Shown here: positions 38,502 through 48,658 of the stretch, piece by piece
Layout: the number at the start of each line of letters is the position of its first letter
How positions within the stretch are numbered: position 1 is the first letter of the stretch
NCBI GenBank assembly: GCA_040005235.1
Contig: JBDTZG010000038.1
Location: 1 to 53,169 of the forward strand
DNA: 53,169 nt
Reading direction: 5' to 3'
Origin: Acidobacteriota bacterium
GTDB taxonomy: Bacteria; Acidobacteriota; Thermoanaerobaculia; Multivoradales; UBA5704
Made by a program: the position numbers and the translations under genes
The notes under the pieces: generated by a model
What the model was told of the DNA's origin: nothing
The model's database searches: none
What the model saw: only the letters and a program-made list of their open reading frames with translations

Positions 38502-39476
38502 TTAGGTTTCGTAGACTCCCATCGCCCGGAACTTGGCGTAGCGTCGGGCGAGCAGCTTTTCGACCGGCTCTTTGACCAGCTCCGAGAGCGCCCGCTCGAT
38601 CGCGTCGCCGACTCTCCGGGCGGTCTCCGCCGGATCGGTGTGCGCGCCGCCGATCGGCTCGGGAATGATCGTGTCGACGACTTTCAGCTCGGCCAGGTCG
38701 GGCGCGGTGAGCTTGAGCGCCTCGGCCGCCTCGGCCTTCTTGTTCTGATCTTTCCACAGGATCGCGGCGCATCCTTCGGGCGAGATCACCGAGTAGGTGC
38801 CGTATTCGAGGATCAAGATCCGGTCGCCGACCCCCAGCGCCAGCGCGCCGCCGCTTCCCCCCTCGCCGGTCACGGTGACGACGATCGGCGTACGCAGCAC
38901 CGCCATCTCGATCAAATTCCGGGCGATCGCCTCGGCCTGGCCCCGTTCCTCGGCCTCGATGCCCGGGGAGGCGCCGGCCGTATCGATGAAGGTCAGCACC
39001 GGCAGACAGAACCGCTCGGCGAGCTTCATGATCCGCAGCGCCTTCCGGTAGCCCTCCGGCCGCGACTGGCCGAAGTTCCTGCGGATGCGCTCTTTGGTGT
39101 CGCGCCCCTTCTGATGGCCGATCACCGCAACGCTCCGGCCGCGGAAGGTCGCGAGCCCGGAAACGATCGCCGCGTCGTCACCGAACAGGCGGTCGCCGTG
39201 CAGCTCCACCCAGTCGTCCATCATCATCTCGACATAGTCGAGCGTGTAAGGCCGATCCGGATGGCGCGCCACCAGCGTTTTCTGCCACCGGCTGAGGTTG
39301 CCGTAGACCTCCTGCGCCGCCTTGCGCAGAGAGACCTTCAGCCGGTCGGCCTCTTTCGCCTGGCTGCTGCCGGCGGGAAATCCGGAAAGCTCGGCGATCC
39401 GATGGCGAAGGTCGGCGAGCGGTTCGTCGAAAGCGGAGTCTGTGGCCTGCACGGGAGACTGCGAATTGGCCTGCAT
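38502..39476 (-). CDS. accA: Acetyl-CoA carboxylase carboxyltransferase alpha
   Basis: ARHPDRP, ELHGDR, GEGGSGGALA, YSVISPEGCAAILWK. Confidence 0.97.
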   Translation of the reverse strand: MQANSQSPVQATDSAFDEPLADLRHRIAELSGFPAGSSQAKEADRLKVSLRKAAQEVYGNLSRWQKTLVARHPDRPYTLDYVEMMMDDWVELHGDRLFGDDAAIVSGLATFRGRSVAVIGHQKGRDTKERIRRNFGQSRPEGYRKALRIMKLAERFCLPVLTFIDTAGASPGIEAEERGQAEAIARNLIEMAVLRTPIVVTVTGEGGSGGALALGVGDRILILEYGTYSVISPEGCAAILWKDQNKKAEAAEALKLTAPDLAELKVVDTIIPEPIGGAHTDPAETARRVGDAIERALSELVKEPVEKLLARRYAKFRAMGVYET

Positions 39477-39624
39477 AGGGGCGTCAAGCTAGCAGAGGGC
39501 TGGACAGGGGGTCAAACTGCGCGAGGCGGTCACGGGTTCTGGTAGCAATTCGTCCCCCCCCTCACGGATTAGGATCTCGTTTCAGATTGAAGGATCCGTT
39601 CGTCCGATGAAAAGGGGAATCGCC

Positions 39625-40803
39625 GTGAGCGCCCGTTTCACCATGCTGACTTTGGCCAACTGGCGAAATTTCAAGAGGGTCGAGCTCTACCTCGGCCCTC
39701 GCGCGTTCATCGTCGGACCGAATGCTTCCGGCAAGAGCAACCTGCTCGATGCGTTCCGCTTTCTGCGCGACATCGCGGCTCCCGGGGGCAGCCTGGTCAA
39801 TGCCGTCAAGGATCGGCGCGGGCTCAAACACATTAGCAGTTTCCACGCCAGCCGAAACAGCGACGTTCGCATCGAAGTCGAGGTTGAGATCGACGAAAAT
39901 CCCTCCCGCTGGACTTACGCGCTGGAGATCGCCCGGGGGTGAAGGGAAGAAGAAATCGCTCCGCGTCGAGAGCGAACGCGTGACTCATGGAGACGAAGTC
40001 TTGCGCTTCCGGCGGGCTTCGGATGAAGACGAAAGGCTGCTGCAGCAAACCTACCTCGAGCAGTCGAGTCAACGCCTGCTTTTCGAGACCTTGGTCGCCG
40101 CCTTGAGTGGCATCGTTCATGTCCACATGGTCTCGCAGTTGGCACGTCCCGAAGATCCCGCGAAGCGGGATGCCCCTGACTTCGATCTCATCGAACAGCT
40201 CGCGAGCATGAGCGAGACCCAACAAATCCGAGCGTTGCACCGGATCCAGAGGTTGCTGCGGATCGCGGTACCGAAGTTTTCCGACCTGCGGTTGAACCGC
40301 GACGAGAGCGGCCGACCCCATCTCGAAGCGCGGTATGAGAATTGGCGGGAAGGATGGCAAAACGAGCAGGAGTTCTCGGACGGCACGCTCCGCTGTCTTA
40401 TGCAGGGGAATGGGTGAAATCCGTCTTGATCGGAGTTTTCTGGGCGATCGACCAGGGCACGGCACCGGTACTGATTGAGGAACCGGAGCTAATGCTCCAC
40501 CGAGAAGTCATTCGCCAGCTCCCCCGCCTGTTCGCGCGAGCCGGCCAACGGACAGGTCGGCAGATTCTCGTCAGCACTCATGCCGAGGAAATCCTCGCCG
40601 ATCGCGGTATCGACCCCTTCGAGATCGTCGTTCTCGATCCTTCGGAGAGCGATACGAAAGTCTTCCTGGGTAGCGAGCGCCCTGAGCTCATCGCTGCCGC
40701 GAAAGCAGGCGTCAAGCTTGGCCCGCTGGTGACAAGCCTCACCAAACCGCAGAAGATCGAGCAGCTTTCTCTTCCCGGTTCCGCAGCCCGCCTGTGGGCC
40801 TGA
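39625..40803 (+). pseudogene. AAA_21/SMC-like ATPase, frameshifted
   Basis: GPNASGKSN in one frame, SDGTLR in a second and LIEEPELMLH…STH in a third; shifts near 39940 and 40410. Confidence 0.85.
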
Positions 40804-41126
40804 TCGCCGTCTTCGAGGGAGATACCGATCCCGATCGTGCGGAAACTCGCGCGCGATGCGGGCCTCGAACTGTACGCCGAGATCGATGCGGCAGGAAAAA
40901 ACACGATCGACGCCGAGATCGCCGGCTACAACCTCGCAGCCCAAGGGAGCCCATGGTTCATCCTCCGCGATCCGGATCAGGATGCACGCTATGCCGCGGA
41001 ATTCTTCTCAAGACAGGGACTAGTGTGCCTTCACAATGGATGTGCTCCTGTCTCGCGGTTCGCTGGCAAGAAAATCTTCCAAACGTGAAATCCGGGGAGG
41101 AACGGTTCCTCCGTAAGGCGCAGTAA
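40794..41126 (+). pseudogene. DUF4276-like (TOPRIM-like) partner, frameshifted/truncated
   Basis: IAVFEGDTD, then after a frame change GYNLAAQGSPWFILRDPDQD; overlaps the ATPase end. Confidence 0.6.
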
Positions 41127-41410
41127 CTCGAGTGGGGCCTCTGCACGAGGCGGCGAGTCTGCTCCATGACATTGGTATCCCCACGCGTTCTGACAAGGTG
41201 AGGTCCACTGCTTCGCGTTCGCGGTAGAGAGCCGGCGGCTCCGTTAGTGAAATGAGGACTGACGCTATCAACCGGCCGCGAATTCTACATAACATTGAAA
41301 CCAAAAACGACGACTAGAATTTCGTCAGCTTGTTCGGCCCAGGCAAAGGTTTCGATTCTGCGGTTGAGTTTTCGACATCCCGGAGGACCTATGCTACCTC
41401 TCAGATTCCT

Positions 41411-41623
41411 TTAGCTGAAAATACCTTCGAAAAAGCCTTGGATTAAATTTACGAGCCATCGAATAGGCGCGGTAATGATTCGGCCAATCTGGTAAGCTAC
41501 TCTGTAGATCCATGATTCCAAGCTAGACTTAGAACGTTTCATTTCGCGAAGCTGTATATCAGAGAGATCGTCGACCTCTCTCTGCACTCTTCGTCTGACT
41601 TCATCCTCATCATTAGGATTCAT
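41411..41623 (-). CDS. Small hypothetical protein (70 aa) with amphipathic C-terminus
   Basis: MNPNDEDE…IRWLVNLIQGFFEGIFS; start overlaps the GTPase end; AT-rich cassette. Confidence 0.65.
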   Translation of the reverse strand: MNPNDEDEVRRRVQREVDDLSDIQLREMKRSKSSLESWIYRVAYQIGRIITAPIRWLVNLIQGFFEGIFS

Positions 41624-42413
41624 TCGTCTTGCCCTCCCTGTCAAGGTACTTCTCCTTGACGAAATCGCTCCAGTTTGCGATTTGCTTTTTGGCATCCAGG
41701 ACCCAAGCTTCACCAGAGGTAGAGATCAGTAGGGAATAAAACAGATGCTCTAAATGATATCGCTTTGTCGCCGAGTATGGCACTATTTGTCTCGGCTTGA
41801 TAGGAAAAGTCTTGCGGATGCTCCTTAGCCTCTCCTTAGCGATAGCCTGAATATTTTTTTCTTGCGCTGTCGAAGGCAAGTTCGCTCCATCAATCCAATC
41901 GCCCGGATAGACAAGGTCAACTTGGTTTAGGCCAATGACTATTTTTCTGGCTACTTGAGGAATGGTTGGATTAATCACTTCGCGAAAGATCCGTTGAACG
42001 TCCATCATATCGCGCGAATCAGCTCTCAGAACGAACAGGGCAATTTCACAGTTCTTGAGCACCTCTACATACATCGCGCGGTAGTTCTCTTCGGTGTCTA
42101 GATCTTCGCCGAGTCCGGGAAGATCAGAGATCCTGAGGCGGCCATGCTCATTTTCGTATAAATAGTCTTGGACGTGCTTTGTAGCCGCGCGTGTGTGACT
42201 CACCTTGCCTTTAAATCCAAATAGTGAATTAATAGTCGACGTTTTGCCAACACCGCATTTGCCAATGACTGCTATATGGGTTGGGTGAGCGAGTTCTTCC
42301 ATGACGCTTGTTTTTAGAAGGTTAATAGCCTGAGCGTTTTCAGAGCCCACGTCGGCTCTATCGAGATGAGTCTGAAGTTTTTCCATTAATTTCGGGACGA
42401 TTTTGTTTCGCAT
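41613..42413 (-). CDS. YfjP/YeeP-like (MMR_HSR1) GTPase
   Basis: G1 GKCGVGKTS, G3 DLPG, G4 NQVD. Confidence 0.88.
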   Translation of the reverse strand: MRNKIVPKLMEKLQTHLDRADVGSENAQAINLLKTSVMEELAHPTHIAVIGKCGVGKTSTINSLFGFKGKVSHTRAATKHVQDYLYENEHGRLRISDLPGLGEDLDTEENYRAMYVEVLKNCEIALFVLRADSRDMMDVQRIFREVINPTIPQVARKIVIGLNQVDLVYPGDWIDGANLPSTAQEKNIQAIAKERLRSIRKTFPIKPRQIVPYSATKRYHLEHLFYSLLISTSGEAWVLDAKKQIANWSDFVKEKYLDREGKTNES

Positions 42414-42899
42414 TCAGATCCCTTGCTGCCGCATTCGTGTCGCAAGTGCGTCCCGAAGCATCTGTGCCACATCTTTGGCTGCATTTGCTGAAGTATTGGG
42501 AATATTTTCTGCCGCTAATGCTCTTGAGTCAAGACTCAAGAGTTTTGTTTCGACGGCCTGGCGCAAGAGGTGGGCTATGAATTCATGATTGTTAGCGGCG
42601 GCTGCAATAGTGGTTCGCCTGCCCTGAATCTCAATAGGTTGAGCACCGATCGCCTCGAGCAATCTCTTTAGGCCACCTGATTTGATAAATTGGATTGCTG
42701 CTACTCCGAGAGCGGCTATGAAAACAACGGCAATCAGTGCCTCCAATTCGCCAGGGGAAGTTGAAGAAATAATTCTTGTAAGACTAAAGGCGTTCTTTAG
42801 ACGCGACAAGAGAGCGAAATAAATGGCAATTCCGCCCACAATGACGAGGACCGATAGAAGGAAATCTATTTCACCACTAGACATAGCATTATAGTCCAA
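42414..42899 (-). CDS. Two-TM membrane protein (alternative start 42884)
   Basis: Two hydrophobic helices; its stop abuts the GTPase ATG. Confidence 0.7.
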   Translation of the reverse strand: MDYNAMSSGEIDFLLSVLVIVGGIAIYFALLSRLKNAFSLTRIISSTSPGELEALIAVVFIAALGVAAIQFIKSGGLKRLLEAIGAQPIEIQGRRTTIAAAANNHEFIAHLLRQAVETKLLSLDSRALAAENIPNTSANAAKDVAQMLRDALATRMRQQGI

Positions 42900-42980
42900 T
42901 AGCCATGCATAACTTCTGGTTTATGAGAATTTATATTACTGGCATCGACTAGGTCAAGTGGTCGGAATTGCGATCGGCGG

Positions 42981-43310
42981 CTAGACATGGACGACCCTCT
43001 CCTCGATCCGTCGCGCTACTGCGGGAAGCTGAATTCCTCGCAGGCCAGCCGAAGTGATGACGTCCACCCTTCTCGCCAACAGGGCTTCTAGGTACTCGAC
43101 CAGCTCGACGAATCTCAGGCCGATAGGCCGCTCCAGGTCGACGATCAGGTCAACGTCGCTGGCTTCGTTCGCCGTCTCGCTCGCAAACGATCCCAATAGG
43201 CCGATCCGCCCGACTCCGAACTGGGCGCTGAGATCGGGGTAGTTCTCCCGCAGGCGGCGTAGGATCGCGTCGCGGGTGAGGTCGCCGGGGAACTGGAGAT
43301 CGGACGTCAT
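42981..43310 (-). CDS. Minimal nucleotidyltransferase (MNT) antitoxin
   Basis: GSFA…SDVDLIVD…RRVDV motif. Confidence 0.85.
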   Translation of the reverse strand: MTSDLQFPGDLTRDAILRRLRENYPDLSAQFGVGRIGLLGSFASETANEASDVDLIVDLERPIGLRFVELVEYLEALLARRVDVITSAGLRGIQLPAVARRIEERVVHV

Positions 43311-43356
43311 GGGAACTCAGGCCGCGGGCCAGAAGCCGGCGCGCGGCCCGGGGAAA

Positions 43357-43600
43357 TCAACTCGGCAGGTCGGGATCAATTGTCCTCTGCTCCTCAAGAG
43401 CGTCATCCACATCTGGATCCTCGATCCATCTGCCGGCCACGGTCGCTCAGATCCAGGCGCTTCAGCCACTCTCCTCTGAGCGCGAAGACTTGGAGCAGCG
43501 CTTCGAGGCCGACATCGTTCAGGCTCTTCTTCTCTTCCCGTGCTCGATTGCGCAAGGCACGATCTAGATGAAGCGGCACTTTGCGGAGCGTGTACTGCAC
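43357..43600 (-). pseudogene. FitA-like ribbon-helix-helix antitoxin, frameshifted
   Basis: QYTLRKVP…ALRNRAREEKKSLN; the tail GRWIEDPDVDDALEEQRTIDPDL continues in another frame. Confidence 0.6.
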
Positions 43601-43657
43601 CCAGGCAATTTAGACCTCCAATGCGAGCACGTCAAGACACACGGCCTCAAAGTTTGA

Positions 43658-44488
43658 TTAGCCTCCCGGAGGCGGCACTGGAGTACGGTCCGGAATCGAG
43701 GGGCTGGGCTGGCTGAAGAGGGAATTGAGCAGGCCGGCCAGCCGCACTCCCGCTTGGAGCAGCCGCTGTTTGACCAAAGGGATGTTGTCGAAGGCGTACT
43801 GATAGCCGAGATTGCCGTCGCCGATCTTGTAGACCTGGTCCCGAACCGCCATCGATTCCATGGCCCAAACGGCGGGGGGGGAACTCTGCCAAGTTTGCAG
43901 CTCCAGCAGGGTGGGATGGTCGATGAAACCGGCGAGTTCGGAGAAGCTCAGTTTTTCGCTTTCGATCAGGCCGCCGTCCCAAACCGAATGAAGATTGCTT
44001 GGCACGCCGAACCACATCACCTGGATGCTGTTGCCGCCCTTGTCGGCCCGCCGCCCTACGTGCAAGGGCTGATGGAGGTCGCCCACGAGGTGAACAAGAA
44101 AGCGCAACGCCTCCTGCTTCGCCGGCCCTGCCGCCTGCGGGTCCCGCAGCACAATGGAGAAACGCTCGATCGCTTCAAGCACGTCGCCCTTGGGATCGCG
44201 CGCGTTCGTCTCCAGGGTTTCACCGTCGTCAATGTCAATGTAGTGCCAGGGGCTCGGGTTCTTGAGCGGTGGCTGCCAGTTCGGATCGTTGCGGATCTCG
44301 TCCGGCCAAGTGCTCACCTGGTCCAGGCCTTCCGGCCCGATCAGCCAGGTGGCGGCGATGCGCGCCTCGTCCGTCAGGTGGTTGGCGGCGATCCTGCCGA
44401 CGACCCGGTGCCCGTTCGGTCCCCAGGCGACGACCGCAGAAGGAGCGGCAAGGAGCATCAAGAACGCAGCGAAATGGGCACGCTTCAT
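43658..44488 (-). CDS. S1/P1 nuclease, secreted
   Basis: Signal peptide then WGPNGH, WPD, WHY, HLVGDLHQPLH, NLHSVWD. Confidence 0.95.
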   Translation of the reverse strand: MKRAHFAAFLMLLAAPSAVVAWGPNGHRVVGRIAANHLTDEARIAATWLIGPEGLDQVSTWPDEIRNDPNWQPPLKNPSPWHYIDIDDGETLETNARDPKGDVLEAIERFSIVLRDPQAAGPAKQEALRFLVHLVGDLHQPLHVGRRADKGGNSIQVMWFGVPSNLHSVWDGGLIESEKLSFSELAGFIDHPTLLELQTWQSSPPAVWAMESMAVRDQVYKIGDGNLGYQYAFDNIPLVKQRLLQAGVRLAGLLNSLFSQPSPSIPDRTPVPPPGG

Positions 44489-44572
44489 CTTCAGACTCCC
44501 TGCCGTCGGATGCGCTTTCGTGGCGGACTTTTTGGAGTATAGGCCACGATGAAACAGGTTCCTCCTCCGAGC

Positions 44573-46105
44573 CTATTGGACGATGTTTGCGCAGTAGGAG
44601 TTGGTGCGGCTGGAGGTGCCGTAGCAGAACCAGCGGTCGTTGGCGTTGGCGATTCCGGCGCAGTAGGACGCATTCCGGTAGGTGAGAGCTTGGCAGAGAG
44701 CCTTGTCGGCGGCATTGGTGACGCCGGAGCAGTTGGCCGAAGACCCCCAGCTCGCCACGGAGTAGCAGAAATCTCTCATCACGCCGTCGGTGATGTCTCG
44801 GCAGTTGGTCGGGTAGTTGGGAGCCACCGACATGCCATAGCAGGCGAGCTGCAGGTTGCGGTCGGTCATCTGGGTGCAAGGCGACTGCGTGGAGTCCGAC
44901 ATGGCGTAGCACAATTGCTTGTCCTGGAGGTCGCTGATATCGCGGCAGTTCGAGGAGATGCGGCCGGCGATGCCCCAGCAAGCGAGGTATTCGTCACGCC
45001 CGTTGACGTATTTGAACGGACTGTTTCCGAGGGGAGCGGCAGCCGGCAGCCCCCATTCGATCGGCTGGCGGAAGTTGGCGGAATAAGGGGTGGCGTCGCC
45101 GAATTTCTCCGCGCCCCAGCAGTCGTAGTCCCGGGTGTTGTCGGGAAACCGGATGAAGCGGTTGAAGTTCCCGGACGCTCCGTCCTCGCCGATGTTCTGC
45201 AGCTTGCCCGCAATGTAGTCCCGCATATTGTATTGGTTGGTCGGGCACTCGTCTGTGAGAAAAGCGCCGGAGTCGCACTCACCGTCCGTGTGGTAGTTGG
45301 CGTGTTTTCCCTCCGCCGCGTAGCGCGTCTGATACGACGTGAAAGGCGTGGCCGAGTAGCAGGTGGCCTCCGGGTAGCAATCGGAAGCCACCCAGGTGCA
45401 CCCGGCAAAATAGCAGGAGCCTGCGTCGCTGAGCTGAGAACAGCTGGTGGTCGGATTTTGGCCGGAAGGCTGACCGAAGCAAGAGCCCGGGAAAAATTCG
45501 CACTCGGGATGCGAAAAGCATCCCTGCTGGTCGTTGGCATAGCGCCAGCAATCCTGCGCGCATTGGCCGAACGCCCCGACCTTGCTGTAGTCGCCGAGAC
45601 CGGTTCCCCAATGGGCGGAGGTGAAGTCGCGGACCATCTGCCAGCTCGCGACATTGGTTGAGGCGGTCGACCAGGGAGTCGTGCGCTGCAGGAGGACAGC
45701 ATAGACCTCGCTGTCGCCGGGATGGCCGCCCAGCCCGTAATCCTGCCGGTAGGCCATGCCGTAGCGGATTTCGATGCATTCCAAGTCCTCGTCGCAGCTA
45801 CCGATCTTGATCGGGCGAGCCCGGTACGGAAGGGAGGGCATCGAACAGGCGTAGGACGGCACCAGGTCCTGGTCCGACCACTGGAGGCGAAGGGCAGGAA
45901 AGTATTGATACGCGAGATCGTATTCGAGCTGGTCGGGAAGCCCATCGGGTTCGCTGTCCCCCGCACCTGGCCGATTGCAGCTCGTGCAAGTGCCGGAGGT
46001 GCAGAATTGAGCCGCGGCGGGAGCGGAAGCGTAGATCGCAAAGCAGAGGGCCATTCCTAGAAGGACGGCCGGAAACGACCCCGTGGGCCGGTGTTCTGAT
46101 CGCAT
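44573..46105 (-). CDS. Secreted cysteine-rich protein with C-terminal Cys repeats
   Basis: Signal peptide (…AAA|Q); repeats of the form C-x2-(I/M/V)-x-(D/N)-x6-C(Y/Q). Confidence 0.8.
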   Translation of the reverse strand: MRSEHRPTGSFPAVLLGMALCFAIYASAPAAAQFCTSGTCTSCNRPGAGDSEPDGLPDQLEYDLAYQYFPALRLQWSDQDLVPSYACSMPSLPYRARPIKIGSCDEDLECIEIRYGMAYRQDYGLGGHPGDSEVYAVLLQRTTPWSTASTNVASWQMVRDFTSAHWGTGLGDYSKVGAFGQCAQDCWRYANDQQGCFSHPECEFFPGSCFGQPSGQNPTTSCSQLSDAGSCYFAGCTWVASDCYPEATCYSATPFTSYQTRYAAEGKHANYHTDGECDSGAFLTDECPTNQYNMRDYIAGKLQNIGEDGASGNFNRFIRFPDNTRDYDCWGAEKFGDATPYSANFRQPIEWGLPAAAPLGNSPFKYVNGRDEYLACWGIAGRISSNCRDISDLQDKQLCYAMSDSTQSPCTQMTDRNLQLACYGMSVAPNYPTNCRDITDGVMRDFCYSVASWGSSANCSGVTNAADKALCQALTYRNASYCAGIANANDRWFCYGTSSRTNSYCANIVQ

Positions 46106-46276
46106 GAGTGTGACTCCTTAGGTTTACGCGCCGAGGCCGCCCGAGATTCTCGGAGAAATACCGGCGCCGGCAAGGTCTCTACCCAAAGTTGTGTCCCGCA
46201 GCCGGAAGATGGGACAACCGCCGTTTGGAGTCGCCACACCGCGCCACTGCAAACTAAAGTCTTCAATTCTTGACAG

Positions 46277-47168
46277 ATGCAATTTCACGCATACCATGAA
46301 GGGAGGTACCTAGAGATCGCCGTCGCGGCCCGCTCGAACCACGAGGTCTGGGTGGTCAACCACCTTTTGGACAGCGTGAGCATCATCGAGCTGGACGAGC
46401 ATGGCGGCGAGCTTTCCGGCGAGGTCGAGCGCACGTTGCTCGTAGGCGACGAGCCGCGCGCCTTGGTCTTCGCGGCGTTTGCCAAATTCAATGGCGCGTT
46501 TCCCGATCGGCTCGGGCGGAGCACGGTGCTCTCGCAAGCGGACAAAGGTCGGAATGTTCGGAAACCTTGAGAACCCCGGATTCCTCGGAGGCGACAACGG
46601 TTTCAAGGGAGATCAGGTGCGCGGCTTCGGGTTCTTGAACGACGGAACCTAGTCTAGACACGGTGTTCGCTTCGTTCATGGTGTCAGATTCTCGGACGTC
46701 TTCAACGGTCCCGGCACCCACAGCATCCCCGAAGGGCCGGCGGGCGAGATCCAGCGCCGACAGCTCGAGGCGTTCATCCTGGCCTTCCCCACCAACCTGG
46801 CGCCCGCCGTGGGACAGCAGGTCACGGTCACGGCAGGAAACGCCGCCGCGACGGCATCCCGCGTCAACGTCCTGCGCCAAAGGGCGGAAGCGGGAGAGTG
46901 CGATCTGGTGGCCAAGGCCACGATCGACGACGAGGTCGGTTTCCTCTACGTCGGATCAGGTCAGTTCGCAACCGATCGGCGCGGCCTGCCGCCAATTCCC
47001 GCCACGGCGTTGCGGGCACTGGCAGAATTCGGCCACGCCGTGACCTACACCTGCGTCCCCTCCGGCTCCGGAACGAGAATCGGCGTAGATCGCGACGGGG
47101 ACGGCGCCTGGGATGGCGACGAACGGCGTGCGCACACCGATCCGGAGGATCCGAACAGCCGGCCTTGA
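46277..47168 (+). pseudogene. Deleted remnant of a large YVTN beta-propeller-type secreted protein
   Basis: [15 protein letters not shown]…[31 protein letters not shown]…GVDRDGDG fragments in different frames with stops. Confidence 0.6.
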
Positions 47169-47260
47169 TCCCAGAACCGAACCGTGCCCGGCCCCGAAAG
47201 GAGCCGGCTCTCAACCGGCCAGAAGAAGCGCCAAGTGCTCCATTCGAGGCATTCGGTAGG

Positions 47261-47605
47261 CTAACGATCAAACAAGACGTCGACGCCTTCAAAGAGCAAA
47301 TCCAAGTAGCGGCGGGAGATCCGACCGATTTGTTCGGTGAGCAATGATCGGTCAATGGCAATCATCTGAGTCACATTGGCGACGGAGTCTTTGGGGAGGC
47401 CCGTTTTGCTCGCGGAAAGAAGCACATTGCCCGGCATGGCCGCCAAGCGAGTAGTGGTCGTCAGGGGAATTACGACGATGGTGGCGATCTGGCTGTAATT
47501 GAAGCTGTCACCTTGCACGATCACGACCGGCCGATCGAAACCTGGACCCGACCCGATTGGATCTGGCATCGTCGCCCACCAGATGTCGCCTTGAGAAATC
47601 ACCAC
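47261..47605 (-). CDS. mazF: MazF/PemK toxin
   Basis: QGDIWW…GSGPG…RPVVIVQ…FN…GLPKDSVANVTQ. Confidence 0.92.
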   Translation of the reverse strand: MVISQGDIWWATMPDPIGSGPGFDRPVVIVQGDSFNYSQIATIVVIPLTTTTRLAAMPGNVLLSASKTGLPKDSVANVTQMIAIDRSLLTEQIGRISRRYLDLLFEGVDVLFDR

Positions 47606-47832
47606 TCTGTACGATCAAGGACTCGCCGGGCCGCCTCTCTGAGGAAGGAGTCGGGGCGCGTGTCGACCTCGTCGCACACGGCGTTGATCCGGTCGGTGAT
47701 GCTCGGCTCATGGCGGGCCAGGTATTCAGTCACCGCTTCGCTGTAGACCTGGCTTCGGGATTTCTTCAACCTGGCCGCGAGACGCTCCGCGTCTCGGAAG
47801 ACTCTGTCGGGAATAGAGATAGCGGTCTTCAT
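47599..47832 (-). CDS. MazE/ChpI-type RHH antitoxin
   Basis: MKTAISIPD…SRSQVY; overlaps the toxin start. Confidence 0.88.
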   Translation of the reverse strand: MKTAISIPDRVFRDAERLAARLKKSRSQVYSEAVTEYLARHEPSITDRINAVCDEVDTRPDSFLREAARRVLDRTEW

Positions 47833-47938
47833 GCTCAAAGTATAAGCCCTTGGCTCCGCTCAGGCAATGAGGCGACTGCTCTCGAACCAGGCGCGCCCAA
47901 TGCCCTTACTGAAGAGGGCGGAACCTGTAACCCGGCAC

Positions 47939-48517
47939 TCAACTGGCCAGCAGCACCTCGTCGGCGCGCCGATCCGGCCGCCGTTGCGCCGCATCGCTTT
48001 CCCGGTCGATGCCATAACGGAGCATCTCCCGGCCGAAGAAAGAGATGCGGCCTTCCAGTTTCTCGCCGAGTCGCTCGGCGACACGGATCGACGCGTGGTT
48101 TTCCGGATGGATGAGGCTGATCACGCGATCCTTGCCCCACACGGCGAAAGCATGGGCAAGAGCGGCGCGGGCGCTTTCGGTCGCATAACCGAAGCCCCAG
48201 AAGCGGCGCGCGAGGGTCCAGGCAAGCTCGAAACCGGGCCAACCTTCCGGGGCGGCAAAGCCGGTCACGCCGACGAACGTTTCCGTCGTCCTCTCCTCCA
48301 CCGCCCACGCACCGAATCCGTGGAGCTGCCAGTGCCCCATCAGGTAGGCCATGTGGCGCCAGGCCCGGCCGCGGTCCCACGGCTCCGGCCCTCCGGCGAG
48401 ATAGCGCAGGACTTCGCGGTCCGCGTACATCGCGAGGTAGTCGGCAAAGTCGCTTCCTCGAAGGGGCCGGAGGACCAGACGCTCGGTTGCCAGGATCGGG
48501 ATTTCATTCGGGTCCAT
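47939..48517 (-). CDS. GNAT acetyltransferase (RimJ/RimL family)
   Basis: TERLVLRP, FWGFGYATE, NHASIRVAERLG. Confidence 0.92.
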   Translation of the reverse strand: MDPNEIPILATERLVLRPLRGSDFADYLAMYADREVLRYLAGGPEPWDRGRAWRHMAYLMGHWQLHGFGAWAVEERTTETFVGVTGFAAPEGWPGFELAWTLARRFWGFGYATESARAALAHAFAVWGKDRVISLIHPENHASIRVAERLGEKLEGRISFFGREMLRYGIDRESDAAQRRPDRRADEVLLAS

Positions 48518-48658
48518 CGAGTCTTCTCCCCAGGAATGGCGGATCGCGGAAGGCACGGCTTGCCCGCCGGTGCCGGAGGGGCGGACACTCCCGGGCGGAG
48601 GGACGCGCATCGCGGACGCTGATGCCCGCGCGGCAAACCGTCCCCGAAGGGAGAAGCC

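Noticed and set aside
41130-41304. Possible XisH-like fragment on the minus strand (LISLTEP…LY…SERVG)
   Set aside because: Similarity too short and degenerate to support without a search.
47939-48517. GNAT as modifier of the 45-aa peptide
   Set aside because: Divergently transcribed generic RimJ/L-type enzyme with no counterpart at the first peptide locus; no supporting evidence.
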